Assembly (NCBI GenBank): GCA_964016885.1
Contig: OZ024741.1
Coordinates: forward strand, 339,946,001 to 340,010,000
Reading direction: 5' to 3'
Length of the DNA stretch: 64,000 bases
Source of the DNA: Eledone cirrhosa
Lineage: Eukaryota
Shown here: positions 40,299 to 53,200 of the stretch, in pieces
Numbering within the stretch: the stretch's first letter is position 1
Layout of the letters: each line of letters starts with the position of its first letter
Notes under the pieces: generated by a model
The model's database searches: none
What the model saw: only the letters and a program-made list of their open reading frames with translations
Told to the model about the DNA's origin: nothing
Position numbers and translations under genes: made by a program

Positions 40299-40341
40299 GT
40301 CAAATTTCTTTCGTCACACATTCTGTGACCTCTTCAGTGAC
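40299..40341 (-). ncRNA. Minimal HHR (family I)
   Basis: Minus: GTCA-CTGAAGA-G-GTCACA gaatg TGTGAC-GAAA-gaaa-TT-TGAC. Confidence 0.65.
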
Positions 40342-40636
40342 TGGGGATTATATATATATATATTTACAGTTGTATATAATGATTACAGTTGTATATAATG
40401 ATTACAGTTGTATACAATGTTCACTTCTGTATATAGTATTTACTGCTGTATATAATCTATGCTGATGTATATGTTGTTTACAGTTGTATATAATGTTCAC
40501 TTCTGTATATAGTATTTACTGCTGTATATAATGTTTACTTTGTTCACAATGTTTACTGTTGTTCAAAATTGTTTGACGTGTGTGTAATGAGATGTTTATG
40601 TGTTAAACATTGTGTTATAATGTACACTGTTGTATA

Positions 40637-40995
40637 TACAATTGTTCCCCGCTATTCGCGGGGGTTACGTTCCTTGAACATCCGCGAAGAGTAAAAAAAC
40701 CGAGAATAATGGACGTGGTCCATAAAAATGCCTATGAAAGTAAAATGTAATTTAAAATAAGAGGAAGTGTCTTATGTGAAGGTACGTCCAATAGGCCGGC
40801 AAATACGGTATATTATTGTTAATAATTTAGCGTTAAAAATATATATATTGCCACGAAAAAAGACATTAAAAAAATAACGGTAGATATTTACGATTCGCGA
40901 ATATTCGGTGGTTTCCACGAAGAATTATTAGTTAGGTTCTAAAGAAAAATCCCGCGAATAACCAGGACCGCGAATGCCGGGAGTACACTAATGTA
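40637..40995. mobile_element. Tigger/pogo-like MITE
   Basis: Imperfect terminal inverted repeats CCCCGCTATTCGCGG / CCGCGAATGCCGGG, internal CCGCGAAT sub-repeats, TA context. Confidence 0.6.
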
Positions 40996-41439
40996 TATTG
41001 TTATATATAATGTTTACTTTTTTCACATTGTTTACTGTTGTTAAAAATTGTTTGATGTTGTGTAATAAGATGTTTATGTGTTAAAGGCCAACAGATGGAT
41101 GGAGACGCAATTCTAAGTAAAATATATATTAATATTGAAATAGTTTCTAAATCTTCTGGTATCTCTTCCTTATTAATCCTTGTTAATCGAACGCATCAGG
41201 TTTGATATAAACTTCACAAGATTGATTCTCCTAGTTTTGGACATTGTTGTGTGTATGTATGTGAGATATTAGAAACTAGTAAATATATCTATCTAAGTAA
41301 ATATATCTATCTAAATATATATATCAGCAGATGAGATTGAACCGTTAGATAAAGAAAAACCTGTTGAATTACTCATGGAAGCAAAATTACCTATTTAGCA
41401 TGACATTTATGACACTTGATTAGCAAATATCAGTTAGCA

Positions 41440-42090
41440 ACATTTAGTAGATAATTACTTCAGCACATTAGAAATTTTTTGCAATGATCTGTTCACTAGT
41501 TAAGACACCAGAAACATTTGATTAAACAAACTTGTCTAGATATTTTCCACTAAACCATTACAGTAAATTTTCACAACGATCTGTTACCTAGTAAATATAC
41601 TATAAATATTTGAATTAACAAACCTTTCTTTAGATATTTTCTGCTAAATCATTGCAGGGTGTTATAAGACAATGCTGTAAATTTTCACACCGATCTGTCC
41701 ATTAGTAAAGATACATTTGAATTAACAAGCTGGTTTTTAGATATTTTTCTCTAAACTATTACAGGAGGTTATGACATAACAGTAAATTTACACAATGATC
41801 TGTTCCCTAGTAAAGGTACCATAAACATTTGAATTAGGAAATTTGCTTTTAGATATTTTCTGCTAAATCCTTACAGGACGTTATGTAGATTTTCTTAACG
41901 ACATTTTTTCAACGATATTTCCACTAGAAAAGATACATTAAATTAACGAGCTTATTTTAAAATATTTTTGCTAGACCATTACCGTGTATTAACAGACAAT
42001 AGTGTTCATTTTTACAATGATTTGTCCCCTCGTAAAGATACTATAAATATTTGAATTAAAAAACTATTGTTTGGATATTTTCTGCAAATT
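41440..42090 (+). repeat. Degenerate tandem repeat, about 95-120-bp unit, about 6 copies
   Basis: Recurrent ATTTT.CA.A.GATCTGT...CTAGTAAA..ATTTGAATTAA..TAGATATTTTC..CTAAA.CATTAC. Confidence 0.8.
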
Positions 42091-43002
42091 TATGGTGCTA
42101 AGAAAAAAGTTAATGGCTGAATTAATTCAACTGATAGAGGCAATATTTACTACAACAAAAAATAAAGAAATCTATGTGTAATTAGAAGTTGGGGTAATAT
42201 AGTATAGTTATATGTAGGCCGATCTGCAAAAACGTGTTAATGGACAGTGGATTGATGTAAGATTTATGTCACCATCAGCGCCACCAATGTTGATAGGTCA
42301 AGGTATGATGTGAAATCTATCCCCACTACTTGTAATAAACCTATACCAGAAGTGAAATGTAGGCTGCATTTACAACTGCTCAATAAGTATAATAGTAATC
42401 AGTTCTGAATACATATGATTTATGTATGGATTACAGGTAAGTACAGGTACTGTATATGATGTGTTTACAATAGCAAAATAAAATAAAAGAAGTAGAACTT
42501 TAAGTGAGTAAGTCGTCTAAAAATTGTAGGTTCATACTAATTGACTCAGTTGGACAACCCATCTAGCCTGGTCAGTATATAAATATGTCTAGAATAAAAC
42601 TAAAACTGCTAGCAGTTATTGGTATTTAATGAGTTATTCTCATTTAAATTAGACTATTACATTCGTAACATGGTAATTAAGAATTGTAAAACACAGATCG
42701 GTATGTTGAAAATATTAGAAAAATATAAATTTGTATTTTAGTAAACAAAATAAGTCTATTTAACATTTTTTCTCAGTTTTAAACTGTTTTTAATTACAGT
42801 TGAAAAAGTAAAACATGTACAAATGCAGAATTAGAAAATTTACCCCCGGAGAGTAAATTTAGCCCAGACTAGCAAACCTTGCGATACTCTGAATAATTCA
42901 GACGTCCAATATATTTTGAATTAAGTAAAATAAAATAATCAAATTGAATGCCAATAGTTAATGGGTAGATTTATTACATTTTTGTCAGATAATAAATAAT
43001 GA

Positions 43003-43206
43003 TTTCTAGTATAGGCACAAGGCCAGCAATGTGGGGGGGGGGTCGATTAAATCGACCCCAGTACGTTACTGGTGCTTTATTTTATCGAGCCCGTAAGGAT
43101 GTAAGGCAAAATTAACCTCGGCGGGATTTGAACTCAGATCGTAAAGAGCCGTAACTATATGCTGCAAAGCATAGTGTCTGACGCTCTACCGATACTGCCA
43201 ATCCAG
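43003..43206 (-). mobile_element. tRNA-derived SINE
   Basis: Reverse complement of the SINE consensus, retaining an extra GGGGTCGATT..ATCGACCCC hairpin. Confidence 0.9.
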
Positions 43207-43231
43207 GCTTTAGTTTGATGCATTAAACTCT

Positions 43232-43710
43232 TCACACCACACCCATCACACCACACACGTCACGCCACACCCGTCACACCACGCCCGTCACACCACATCT
43301 GTCACACCACACATGTCACACCACACCCTTCACGGCACACCACACCTGTCACACCACACATATCACACCACACACGTCACGCCACACACATCACACCACA
43401 CCCATCACACCACACACGTCACACCACACCCGTCACACCACACCTGTCACACCACACCCTTCACACCACACCCTTCACACCACACACGTCACACCACACC
43501 TGTCACACCACACCCATCACACCACACACGTCACGCCACACGTCACACCACACCCATCACACCACACACGTCACACCACACCCGTCACACCACCCCTGTC
43601 ACACCACACCCTTCACACCACAACCGTCACACCAGACTCGTCACACCACTCTCGTCACACCACACTCGTCACACCACACCCATCACACCACACCCGTCAC
43701 ACCACACCCA
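43232..43710 (+). repeat. About 14-bp minisatellite (TCACACCACACCCG)n
   Basis: Direct reading. Confidence 0.92.
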
Positions 43711-44015
43711 TACCGTCTCCCTAGTAGCTGTTTTCAGACGAAGTTGACTATCCGCAGGAGTAAACCCAGTCAGTTAGGGTTTATGGATACTATTTCAAAG
43801 TGCCTCCCTCGCTATTCTCCAGGGTAACATAGTTTTCTATTCTCTCCGCTGGGGGTCCGGCGTGACTTGCGCCATGGGTTCTCATTGAGAGAGCGATGAT
43901 TGAGTATTCTTTATTTTAATTTTTTTTTATTTCCTTTTTCGATTTGAAAGAATATAGATGTGTGTGTGAGAGTGTGTGTATGTGTGTGTATGTGTGTGTG
44001 TGTGTGTGTCTGTGT

Positions 44016-44127
<112 letters not shown>

Positions 44128-44862
44128 CTGTCTGTCTAACTTTCATATTTTAATAAACAATTGAGCTTAATTTAATTCTAATTTCTTGTAAATACAGCCA
44201 AATTGTTATTTACATATTATAGATAATATAATTCTAACTATCCACATTAAGTCAAATCAGAATGTTTAAACAGATAAACATGTTATTCTATACAGTTTCT
44301 ACATTAATATTATGTCGGGAATGAGAACTATAACCCGAATAACAATTTTAAATTGATGTCTTCATTCTTTCAGTGTTAAACCACGAAAACACATTCAAAT
44401 TATAAGGCCGTGTATCAGAAGAGAATTATTTGACTTCTGTGCCTCAATTGTTTAAAGAACAACGCTATGCATTGGGGAATTCACGTAATGTAGAATTATT
44501 TAAGCTTTGTGATTTAAGTTTGTTTTAAACTGAAAACAGAATCTATAAAGAAATTGATCGCCCTTCAAATGTTTGATACCGACTCAGCTGAAACCTCCTC
44601 TGGTTCTATAAGAAACTGTTTCGAAATATTTATATTCATCAAAGATATTTACATCATGAATTTTATGATCCAAATACCAGTTTAATAATGAGGAAGTTAA
44701 TTATAATACTAAATCCCCAGAATTGATTAGTTTTCAAAATTACTCGAAAAGCTATAGAAACATGATCAAGAATGAGTTAAACTCGACAGTTAGGAGGTAA
44801 ATATGAAAACTTCAAATGAAATAATAAAAAGTGAAACCTTTTTATTCATTTCGAAAACCACC

Positions 44863-44904
<42 letters not shown>

Positions 44905-44908
<4 letters not shown>

Positions 44909-45026
44909 ATTTTATCGAATTATGATTTTTCTAATGGATCCAGCTTCATATTTGAAACGCCAATGAATATAGTCCATGAAGGGTAAGCTGGATCCATTAG
45001 AAAAATCATAATTCGATAAAATAAAA
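44905..45026. repeat. Fold-back abutting (TA)n, about 42-bp arms
   Basis: TTTTATTTTATCGAATTATGATTTTTCTAATGGATCCAGCTT and its exact reverse complement. Confidence 0.85.
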
Positions 45027-45141
45027 TTGGGCTTTTAATTTAGATCACAGTTTGTTTTATTTTAGAGTTCCTTTATAGCGTAAGCTACAGGAACCGTACT
45101 GGTCTAATCCAGCCCTTTTTGTGTGCGTGCGGCGTCAAAGC

Positions 45142-45173
<32 letters not shown>

Positions 45174-45436
45174 TATATATATTGCAAGATATGTCAATAT
45201 GAATGGACCTGTTATTTTTATCTAAAGACATTTTTTCATATTCCATCCCGCCCGTCAACTCAATCTATCTTATTTCTCATTATTTCTTCTGGTGAAGGAC
45301 TAGCGTCCGAAACGCTAAGACCCTCTTCCTGCTATATAAAGCGTTAACCTAATATATCCCTTCCATATAATGTACCGATTGTGTTGTTATTTCTGTTTAC
45401 CTTATACATACATATATATATATATATATACATATC

Positions 45437-45560
45437 AATTATATTAATAAATGGAAACTATATTTATAAAACCATATTTATTCTATTATATATATTGCAA
45501 GGGTACCAAAACTTTGGTACGCTCTCATCAGATAAAATACAAAGTTTGTTTTCTAAATAT
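45437..45560 (-). mobile_element. Family C cassette with HHR at 45481-45537 (GAAA mutated to GCAA)
   Basis: Homologous to 2381-2510. Confidence 0.78.
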
Positions 45561-45629
45561 TGACATACCCAGGAATGATACCTTAACGGTTCGAGTGTCA
45601 CCTGAATTAAATATCCCTTTGCTTATATA

Positions 45630-45692
<63 letters not shown>

Positions 45693-45694
<2 letters not shown>

Positions 45695-46040
45695 CTGAGG
45701 TAGAAGATGCTAGATGGTCGGTCGTCCTCTTGTCTATGATTTTCAGCCCCATACAATTTATCTGTTATATTCCTTTGTTATATTTCGAATACCTGATGAT
45801 ATCACCGGATTCATACGGAACCCGGTCATTGAAATCATCATAGTATAATAAACCTTTCAAGGATTTACACCAGTCCAGCCTCCTGTTATTTTATTATAAT
45901 AATTAACTCCATACTCGCACCACCAACTACACAAACGAAGACGGGTGAGCTGCATTACGTTGAGTACTCTCCATAATATTACATCGAGATTGACCACACG
46001 GAATGACCAATTCTATCCAGTGGTGAACCAACAAACCTAA

Positions 46041-46045
<5 letters not shown>
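45693..46045 (+). mobile_element. Family F cassette, colinear copy, HHR at 45789-45846
   Basis: ATAC-CTGATGA...GAAA-TcATCA-TA-GTAT followed by a tail of about 200 bp, flanked by (TA)n. Confidence 0.85.
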
Positions 46046-46086
<41 letters not shown>

Positions 46087-46102
46087 TAAAATAACAGATT
46101 AA

Positions 46103-46153
46103 AGTTTAAGCAAAGAATCGCTGCTTTCACCCTTAACGGGATCTTCAGAAACT
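46103..46153 (-). ncRNA. Type I HHR (family H), intact core
   Basis: Minus: AGTTT-CTGAAGA-TCCC gttaa GGGT-GAAA-GCA gcgattctt TGC-TT-AAACT. Confidence 0.75.
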
Positions 46154-46319
46154 AAATATTTGCTCTACGGTTCTTATATATTTGATATATATTTATCCTT
46201 ATCGAGCCCTCTTTGGATTTTAGTCTTCAAATTTATTATTATTACTATACATATATATATATATATAAATACTCTTTTATTCTACATGTTCTATCTCCAG
46301 CCTGTGTTGGCTGGCCATT

Positions 46320-46550
46320 GAAAACATCCACGTCCACACCGTGCAGATTTCTCTAATTTCTTGGCAGCTTGTTGAAGAGTTGAGGGCCTTTGAACCCCAG
46401 GCTATTGCAATATCTGCTCCTCATTCTAGATGTGAAAGACGGGATATTTGGCACCACACAGTGACGTCCTGTTCGGGGGTTGGTCCAGCTCTCAATGCCA
46501 AAGTTTTGTGCTGGTACCTCCAGGATTTTCCACATGTATATATATCGATG
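46320..46550 (-). mobile_element. CR1-group LINE 3' ORF fragment
   Basis: RYIYMWKILE....NFGI...PRTGRHC...SLGFKGPQLFNKLPRN. Confidence 0.7.
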
Positions 46551-46707
46551 CCGAGTGAAATCGGGGGCAAACACAGTAAATAAGGTACTCAATGATTATG
46601 AAACTTATAGATACCAACGACTTAGTATATCAATCGGCATTCCTAATGATTTCATACGAATGAAACAGTTCTAGTCCTGTAGAGACCATTTATATATTAA
46701 ATTTCGT

Positions 46708-46788
<81 letters not shown>

Positions 46789-46830
46789 GTGTGTGTGTGT
46801 GTGTATACACACACACACACACACACAGAC

Positions 46831-46894
<64 letters not shown>

Positions 46895-47050
46895 TATATT
46901 AGGTAAATTCTCGAAGCGGATCGGAGTTGACAACGGTTAAAGTAGGTACTCAATAAATTTGGTTGAGTGTAACTATCTTTATTTTATATAGAAATGGCGT
47001 CTACAGGACTAGAACTGTTTCGTTTCTATGAAATTATTAGGAAAGCATCT
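46551..47050. mobile_element. Family A fragments (46551-46700 rearranged; 46890-47050 minus; another at 48605-48650)
   Basis: GAAACAGTTCTAGTCCTGTAGA and AAGGTACTCAAT motifs shared with 2666-2847. Confidence 0.75.
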
Positions 47051-47058
47051 CCAATTAA

Positions 47059-47094
<36 letters not shown>

Positions 47095-47099
47095 GTGAG

Positions 47100-47368
47100 A
47101 GCGGGAGAGAGAGGGGGTAAAATCACAACTGCAGCGCCAAGCGGTTTCGGAGGAGGATCGACAGAAATATTCATAGCCTTACTATAAAGGAGTGATGCTA
47201 GGGCTGTGAAATCTTGCATGCATTAATTTCAACTCTTATTAATAACTACATTGTTTCTTTCTAGTGACTATGTTGAAAAATAATAAACATCATTTAGTCA
47301 CTCCATGAGAGTATCTTGGTCAGCCTATGAACCTTTCAGACTATGAGTCTTTCAGTCGACCCTCGTAT
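47100..47368. mobile_element. Mariner-like terminal fragment
   Basis: Ends ..TTTCAGTCGACCCTCG-TA, similar to the terminal repeat of the 48725 MITE. Confidence 0.5.
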
Positions 47369-47416
47369 TTATATGAGGAAAGCCCATATATATATATATA
47401 TATGTCTGTGTGTGTG

Positions 47417-47498
<82 letters not shown>

Positions 47499-47854
47499 AA
47501 TAATGGAGCTGCGGCGCTGCAAATGGGTTACATATGAAAAAGTTTGTCCTCATCAGTGGCCTTCCAACCGTCGTATGCATTTCGTCGCATTATATATATG
47601 ATTCGTTCGAGGTCTTTATCGATGTGATAGATTTGACTCAAGTATCGGCCCGCTCATCAGATGTGTAGACTCAAATCAAAATATGTTCATCTCACTTGTG
47701 AAACATATGTAAAATCAGATATGCAATAAAATATTTAAAAATTAAACTTCGTTATCTCATATATAATATGTAAAATCTACTGTAGCATCGAGTGTTCATT
47801 TTGCTGCCATCTCCGGTAATCGACACACGCACGCATACACACACACACAGACAG

Positions 47855-47889
<35 letters not shown>

Positions 47890-47946
47890 CTTTGTTTTTT
47901 AATTTGTTGCAAGATTTCTCATTTGAAAACGTGTGTTGAAACAGAT

Positions 47947-48048
47947 ATTGTTATACTTTGGGACGGTCATGGTGCCAATAATAAATTGAAGTGAAAACCA
48001 ACTGGTGCGTGTGTTTTTATTGGCAGCATGACCCTCTCAAAGTATAAC
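47947..48048. repeat. Inverted repeat of a dispersed element (colinear copy at 40155-40225)
   Basis: GTTATACTTTGGGA.GGTCATG.TGCCAATAA and its reverse complement. Confidence 0.7.
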
Positions 48049-48534
48049 TACGTCGAAGCACTTGATGTTATTAAGGGGTTCGTCTCTCGTCGGGTTGTAC
48101 TCTGGGTTTAAGGCAGCTGTAGTTTGCGGAGTATACATAAGAAGCTGCAAATCTGACTTCATATTCTCTCTCTCTCTGTCTCTTTGTATATATATGTGTG
48201 TGTGTGTGTACATATTAATATAAAGACTGGTGCGCTCATGAGTAAATATGCTATAAAATTGCTTATAAAATAGGTAAAGACTCTTAAAAACGGAAAAAGA
48301 ATTTGCCAGCACTACGAGGAAACGAACCACGTATCTCCCAGGCTTTTAACCCATTAAGCCATGGGACTGTGACAACTCTTACCGTCTTAAATTGGATGCT
48401 GAAGCACAGCCTTTAAATGTAAAGAAACATCGTGTATACAACAACGCATACACACACACACACACACATACAAACACACGCACGCACGCGCACGCACACA
48501 CACACACACGCACACACGCACGCACACACACACT

Positions 48535-48602
<68 letters not shown>

Positions 48603-48724
48603 GTTTGATATAGAAATGGCTTCTACAGGACTAGAACTGTTTCAATCAAAAGATATATTTACACAGAAACAGAGAGAGAGAGAGAGAGAGAGGAGAGACA
48701 TACAGACAGACAGAGAGAGACGTG

Positions 48725-48944
48725 TACGAGGGGGTGCTGAAAGTTTCCTGGTTTTGGGTAACAGAAAATAAAGGAGGATCAGTTAATTATGATTTTATTC
48801 AATATTTTCCTTTCTCAGACTCACACACTTATTGCAGCAGTCCTTCAGTTTTTCTAAGCCCTGTAAAAAGAACTTGGAAGGTTGGGCCTCTAATCAGGCC
48901 TCTGTGATACTCTTAAAGCCGGGAATTTTCAGCAACCTCTCGTA
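48725..48944. mobile_element. Mariner-derived MITE
   Basis: TA-CGAGGGGGTGCTGAAAGTTTCCTGG ... CCGGGAATTTTCAGCAACCTCTCG-TA terminal inverted repeats with TA ends. Confidence 0.8.
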
Positions 48945-49399
48945 TATGTGTGTGTTTAAATGAACATTGTTTACAGAAGCTTTGGGATCTACCAAATCTC
49001 CATGGTAACGGTTGGGAGGCCAACTTATACATTAAATAACTGCAACAATAAATACAACAGCATCAATATCAACAACAACAGCAGCAGCAGAAGCATTAAC
49101 ATAACAATAACATAAACAACATCCACAACGATAACATCAAAACTATCAGCAACAGCAACAACGACGCCAACAATAACAGGAGCAAAAACAAGAAAAACAA
49201 CAAAGACATTAAAAGTAACTGCTACAATAGAAGGGTACATAAAAACAGAAACATACAATTCAATAGTAAATAGACAGATATTTAAATATAGATAATGAAC
49301 ACAACCACAGGGATATGGTCCGAACGAGGAAGAACCGAACTCCCACTGTCATCGCCTCCATATCTCTCGCCCTCCCCATCTCTCTGTATCGTGAGCAAG

Positions 49400-49628
49400 T
49401 GACCTCCCACGTGCTGGCCTCCCCACAGCCCCGTTGGACAGAATGGAGAAGGCGTTTCCCCGGAGGATGGTAAGGGAGATGCGCTGGAAGAGCCATTCCA
49501 GCTCGCGAGGCTCACACCTGCGGCTGGCCAGCTCAGCGCCTATGGTGGTGAGTAGGGAGGTAGTCGTAAAGCCAAGGACACCAGATGTCTCCACTGCCAA
49601 GGGCACCACCGCAAACCTGTCGCAGAGC
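49400..49628 (-). mobile_element. Second CRE-like 3' fragment
   Basis: DRFAVVPLAVETSGVLG..RELEWLFQRISLTILRGN, homologous to 15810-16010. Confidence 0.85.
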
Positions 49629-49952
49629 GAAGGGTTAAAAGACACAACAACGATAATAGAGACAAACCATATCAACAACTTCGATCACAACAACGACATT
49701 GCTTGTATAACACCACGGGTTTGCTTCTATGTCAGAATTATGATTGTTTGCAAATCTCATATTTTGCTAATATTGGTTAATTTTGTTAGTAGTGGTTGCA
49801 GTTGTTAGTAATAATTGTTGTTATTAGTAATGTATGCTGTTGTTGTTGTTGTTAGTAATAGCTGCAGTTGATAGTAATGGCTACTGTTGTTTGCTTTAGC
49901 TGCAATTGTTACTAATGGTTGTTGCTGTTGTTGGTAATGGGTGTCTTTTTAA

Positions 49953-50052
49953 TAATTGTTTCTACTTTAGGCACAAGGCCAATAACTACTCAGTGCATTA
50001 CTGGTACTTTATTTTATCGAGCCCGTAAGGATGAAAGGCAAAGTCAACCTCG
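49953..50052 (-). mobile_element. SINE 3' half
   Basis: Core and tail of the SINE consensus. Confidence 0.85.
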
Positions 50053-50249
50053 TTAATAATGGCTACTGTTGTTAATAAAGGTTGTTGCTGTTAGTAATGG
50101 CTGTTGTTGCTGTTAGTAATGACAGTTGTTGTTGTTGGTAGTAATGACTGTTTTGTTGTTGTTAGTAGTAATGGTTATTGTGTTTGTTGTTAGTAATGGT
50201 TGTTGTTGTTAGCATTGGCTGTTGTTGTTATTGTTAGTAATGGTTGTTG

Positions 50250-53200
50250 TTGTTGTTAGAATGGCTGTTGTTGTTGTTCTTAGTAATGGTTGTTGTTGTT
50301 AGTAATGGCTACTGTTGTTGTTAGTAATGGCTACTGTTGTTAGTAATGGCTACTGTTGTTGTTAGTAATGGCTACTGTTGTTAGTAATGGCTACTGTTGT
50401 TAGTAATGGCTACTGTTGTTAGTAATGGCTACTGTTGTTAGTAATGGCTACTGTTGTTAGTAATGGCTACTGTTGTTGTTAGTAATGGCTACTGTTGTTG
50501 TTAATAATGGCTACTGTTGTTGTTAGTAATGGCTACTGTTGTTGTTAGTAATGGCTACTGTTGTTAGTAATGGCTACTGTTGTTGTTAGTAATGGCTACT
50601 GTTGTTAGTAATGGCTACTGTTGTTGTTAGTAATGGCTACTGTTGTTAGTAATGGCTACTGTTGTTGTTAGTAATGGCTACTGTTGTTGTTAGTAATGGC
50701 TACTGTTGTTAGTAATGGCTACTGTTGTTGTTAGTAATGGCTACTGTTGTTGTTAGTAATGGCTACTGTTGTTGTTAGTAATGGCTACTGTTGTTGTTAG
50801 TAATGGCTACTGTTGTTAGTAATGGCTACTGTTGTTGTTAGTAATGGCTACTGTTGTTGTTAGTAATGGCTACTGTTGTTGTTAGTAATGGCTACTGTTG
50901 TTGTTAGTAATGGCTACTGTTGTTAGTAATGGCTACTGTTGTTGTTAGTAATGGCTACTGTTGTTAGTAATCGCTACTGTTGTTGTTAGTAATGGCTACT
51001 GTTGTTGTTAGTAATGGCTACTGTTGTTGTTAGTAATGGCTACTGTTGTTAGTAATGGCTACTGTTGTTGTTAGTAATGGCTACTGTTGTTAGTAATGGC
51101 TACTGTTGTTGTTAGTAATGGCTACTGTTGTTAGTAATGGCTACTGTTGTTGTTAGTAATGGCTACTGTTGTTAGTAATGGCTACTGTTGTTAGTAATGG
51201 CTACTGTTGTTAGTAATGGCTACTGTTGTTGTTAGTAATGGCTACTGTTGTTAGTAATGGCTACTGTTGTTAGTAATGGCTACTGTTGTTGTTAGTAATG
51301 GCTACTGTTGTTAGTAATGGCTACTGTTGTTGTTAGTAATGGCTACTGTTGTTAGTAATGGCTACTGTTGTTGTTAGTAATGGCTACTGTTGTTAGTAAT
51401 GGCTACTGTTGTTGTTAGTAATGGCTACTGTTGTTAGTAATGGCTACTGTTGTTGTTAGTAATGGCTACTGTTGTTAGTAATGGCTACTGTTGTTGTTAG
51501 TAATGGCTACTGTTGTTAGTAATGGCTACTGTTGTTGTTAGTAATGGCTACTGTTGTTAGTAATGGCTACTGTTGTTGTTAGTAATGGCTACTGTTGTTA
51601 GTAATGGCTACTGTTGTTGTTAGTAATGGCTACTGTTGTTAGTAATGGCTACTGTTGTTAGTAATGGCTACTGTTGTTAGTAATGGCTACTGTTGTTGTT
51701 AGTAATGGCTACTGTTGTTAGTAATGGCTACTGTTGTTAGTAATGGCTACTGTTGTTGTTAGTAATGGCTACTGTTGTTAGTAATGGCTACTGTTGTTAG
51801 TAATGGCAACTGTTGTTGTTAGTAATGGCTACTGTTGTTAGTAATGGCTACTGTTGTTGTTAGTAATGGCTACTGTTGTTAGTAATGGCTACTGTTGTTG
51901 TTAGTAATGGCTACTGTTGTTGTTAGTAATGGCTACTGTTGTTAGTAATGGCTACTGTTGTTAGTAATGGCTACTGTTGTTAGTAATGGCTACTGTTGTT
52001 GTTAGTAATGGCTACTGTTGTTAGTAATGGCTACTGTTGTTGTTACTAATGGCTACTGTTTTTAGTAATGGCTACTGTTGTTGTTAGTAATGGCTACTGT
52101 TGTTAGTAATGGCTACTGTTGTTGTTAGTAATGGCTACTGTTGTTAGTAATGGCTACTGTTGTTAGTAATGGCTACTGTTGTTGTTAGGAATGGCTACTG
52201 TTGTTGTTAGTAATGGCTACTGTTGTTAGTAATGGCTACTGTTGTTGTTAGTAATGGCTACTGTTTTAGTAATGGCAACTGTTGTTGTTAGTAATGGCTA
52301 CTGTTGTTAGTAATGGCTACTGTTGTTGTTAGTAATGGCTACTGTTGTTGTTAGTAATGGCTACTGTTGTTAGTAATGGCAACTGTTGTTGTTAGTAATG
52401 GCTACTGTTGTTAGTAATGGCTACTGTTGTTAGTAATGGCTACTGTTGTTGTTAGGAATGGCTACTGTTGTTGTTAGTAATGGCTACTGTTGTTAGTAAT
52501 GGCTACTGTTGTTGTTAGTAATGGCTACTGTTGTTGTTAGTAATGGCTACTGTTGTTGTTAGTAATGGCTACTGTTGTTAGTAATGGCTACTGTTGTTAG
52601 TAATGGCTACTGTTGTTAGTAATGGCTACTGTTGTTAGTAATGGCTACTGTTGTTGTTAGTAATGGCTACTGTTGTTAGTAATGGCTACTGTTGTTAGTA
52701 ATGGCTACTGTTGTTAGTAATGGCTACTGTTGTTGTTAGAAATGGCTACTGCTGTTAGTAATGGCTACTGTTGTTAGTAATGGCTACTGTTGTTGTTAGT
52801 AATGGCTACTGTTGTTAGTAATGGCTACTGTTGTTGTTAGTAATGGCTACTGTTGTTAGTAATGGCTACTGTTGTTGTTAGTAATGGCTACTGTTGTTAG
52901 TAATGGCTACTGTTGTTGTTAGTAATGGCAACTGTTGTTGTTAGTAATGGCTACTGTTGTTAGTAATGGCTACTGTTGTTAGTAATGGCTACTGTTGTTG
53001 TTAGTAATGGCTACTGTTGTTAGTAATGGCTACTGTTGTTGTTAGTAATGGCTACTGTTGTTGTTAGTAATGGCTACTGTTGTTAGTAATGGCAACTGTT
53101 GTTGTTAGTAATGGCTACTGTTGTTAGTAATGGCTACTGTTGTTGTTAGTAATGGCTACTGTTGTTAGTAATGGCTACTGTTGTTGTTAGTAATGGCTAC

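Noticed and set aside
44905-45026. HHR inside this fold-back
   Set aside because: No CTGANGA or intact GAAA..TH arrangement could be assembled
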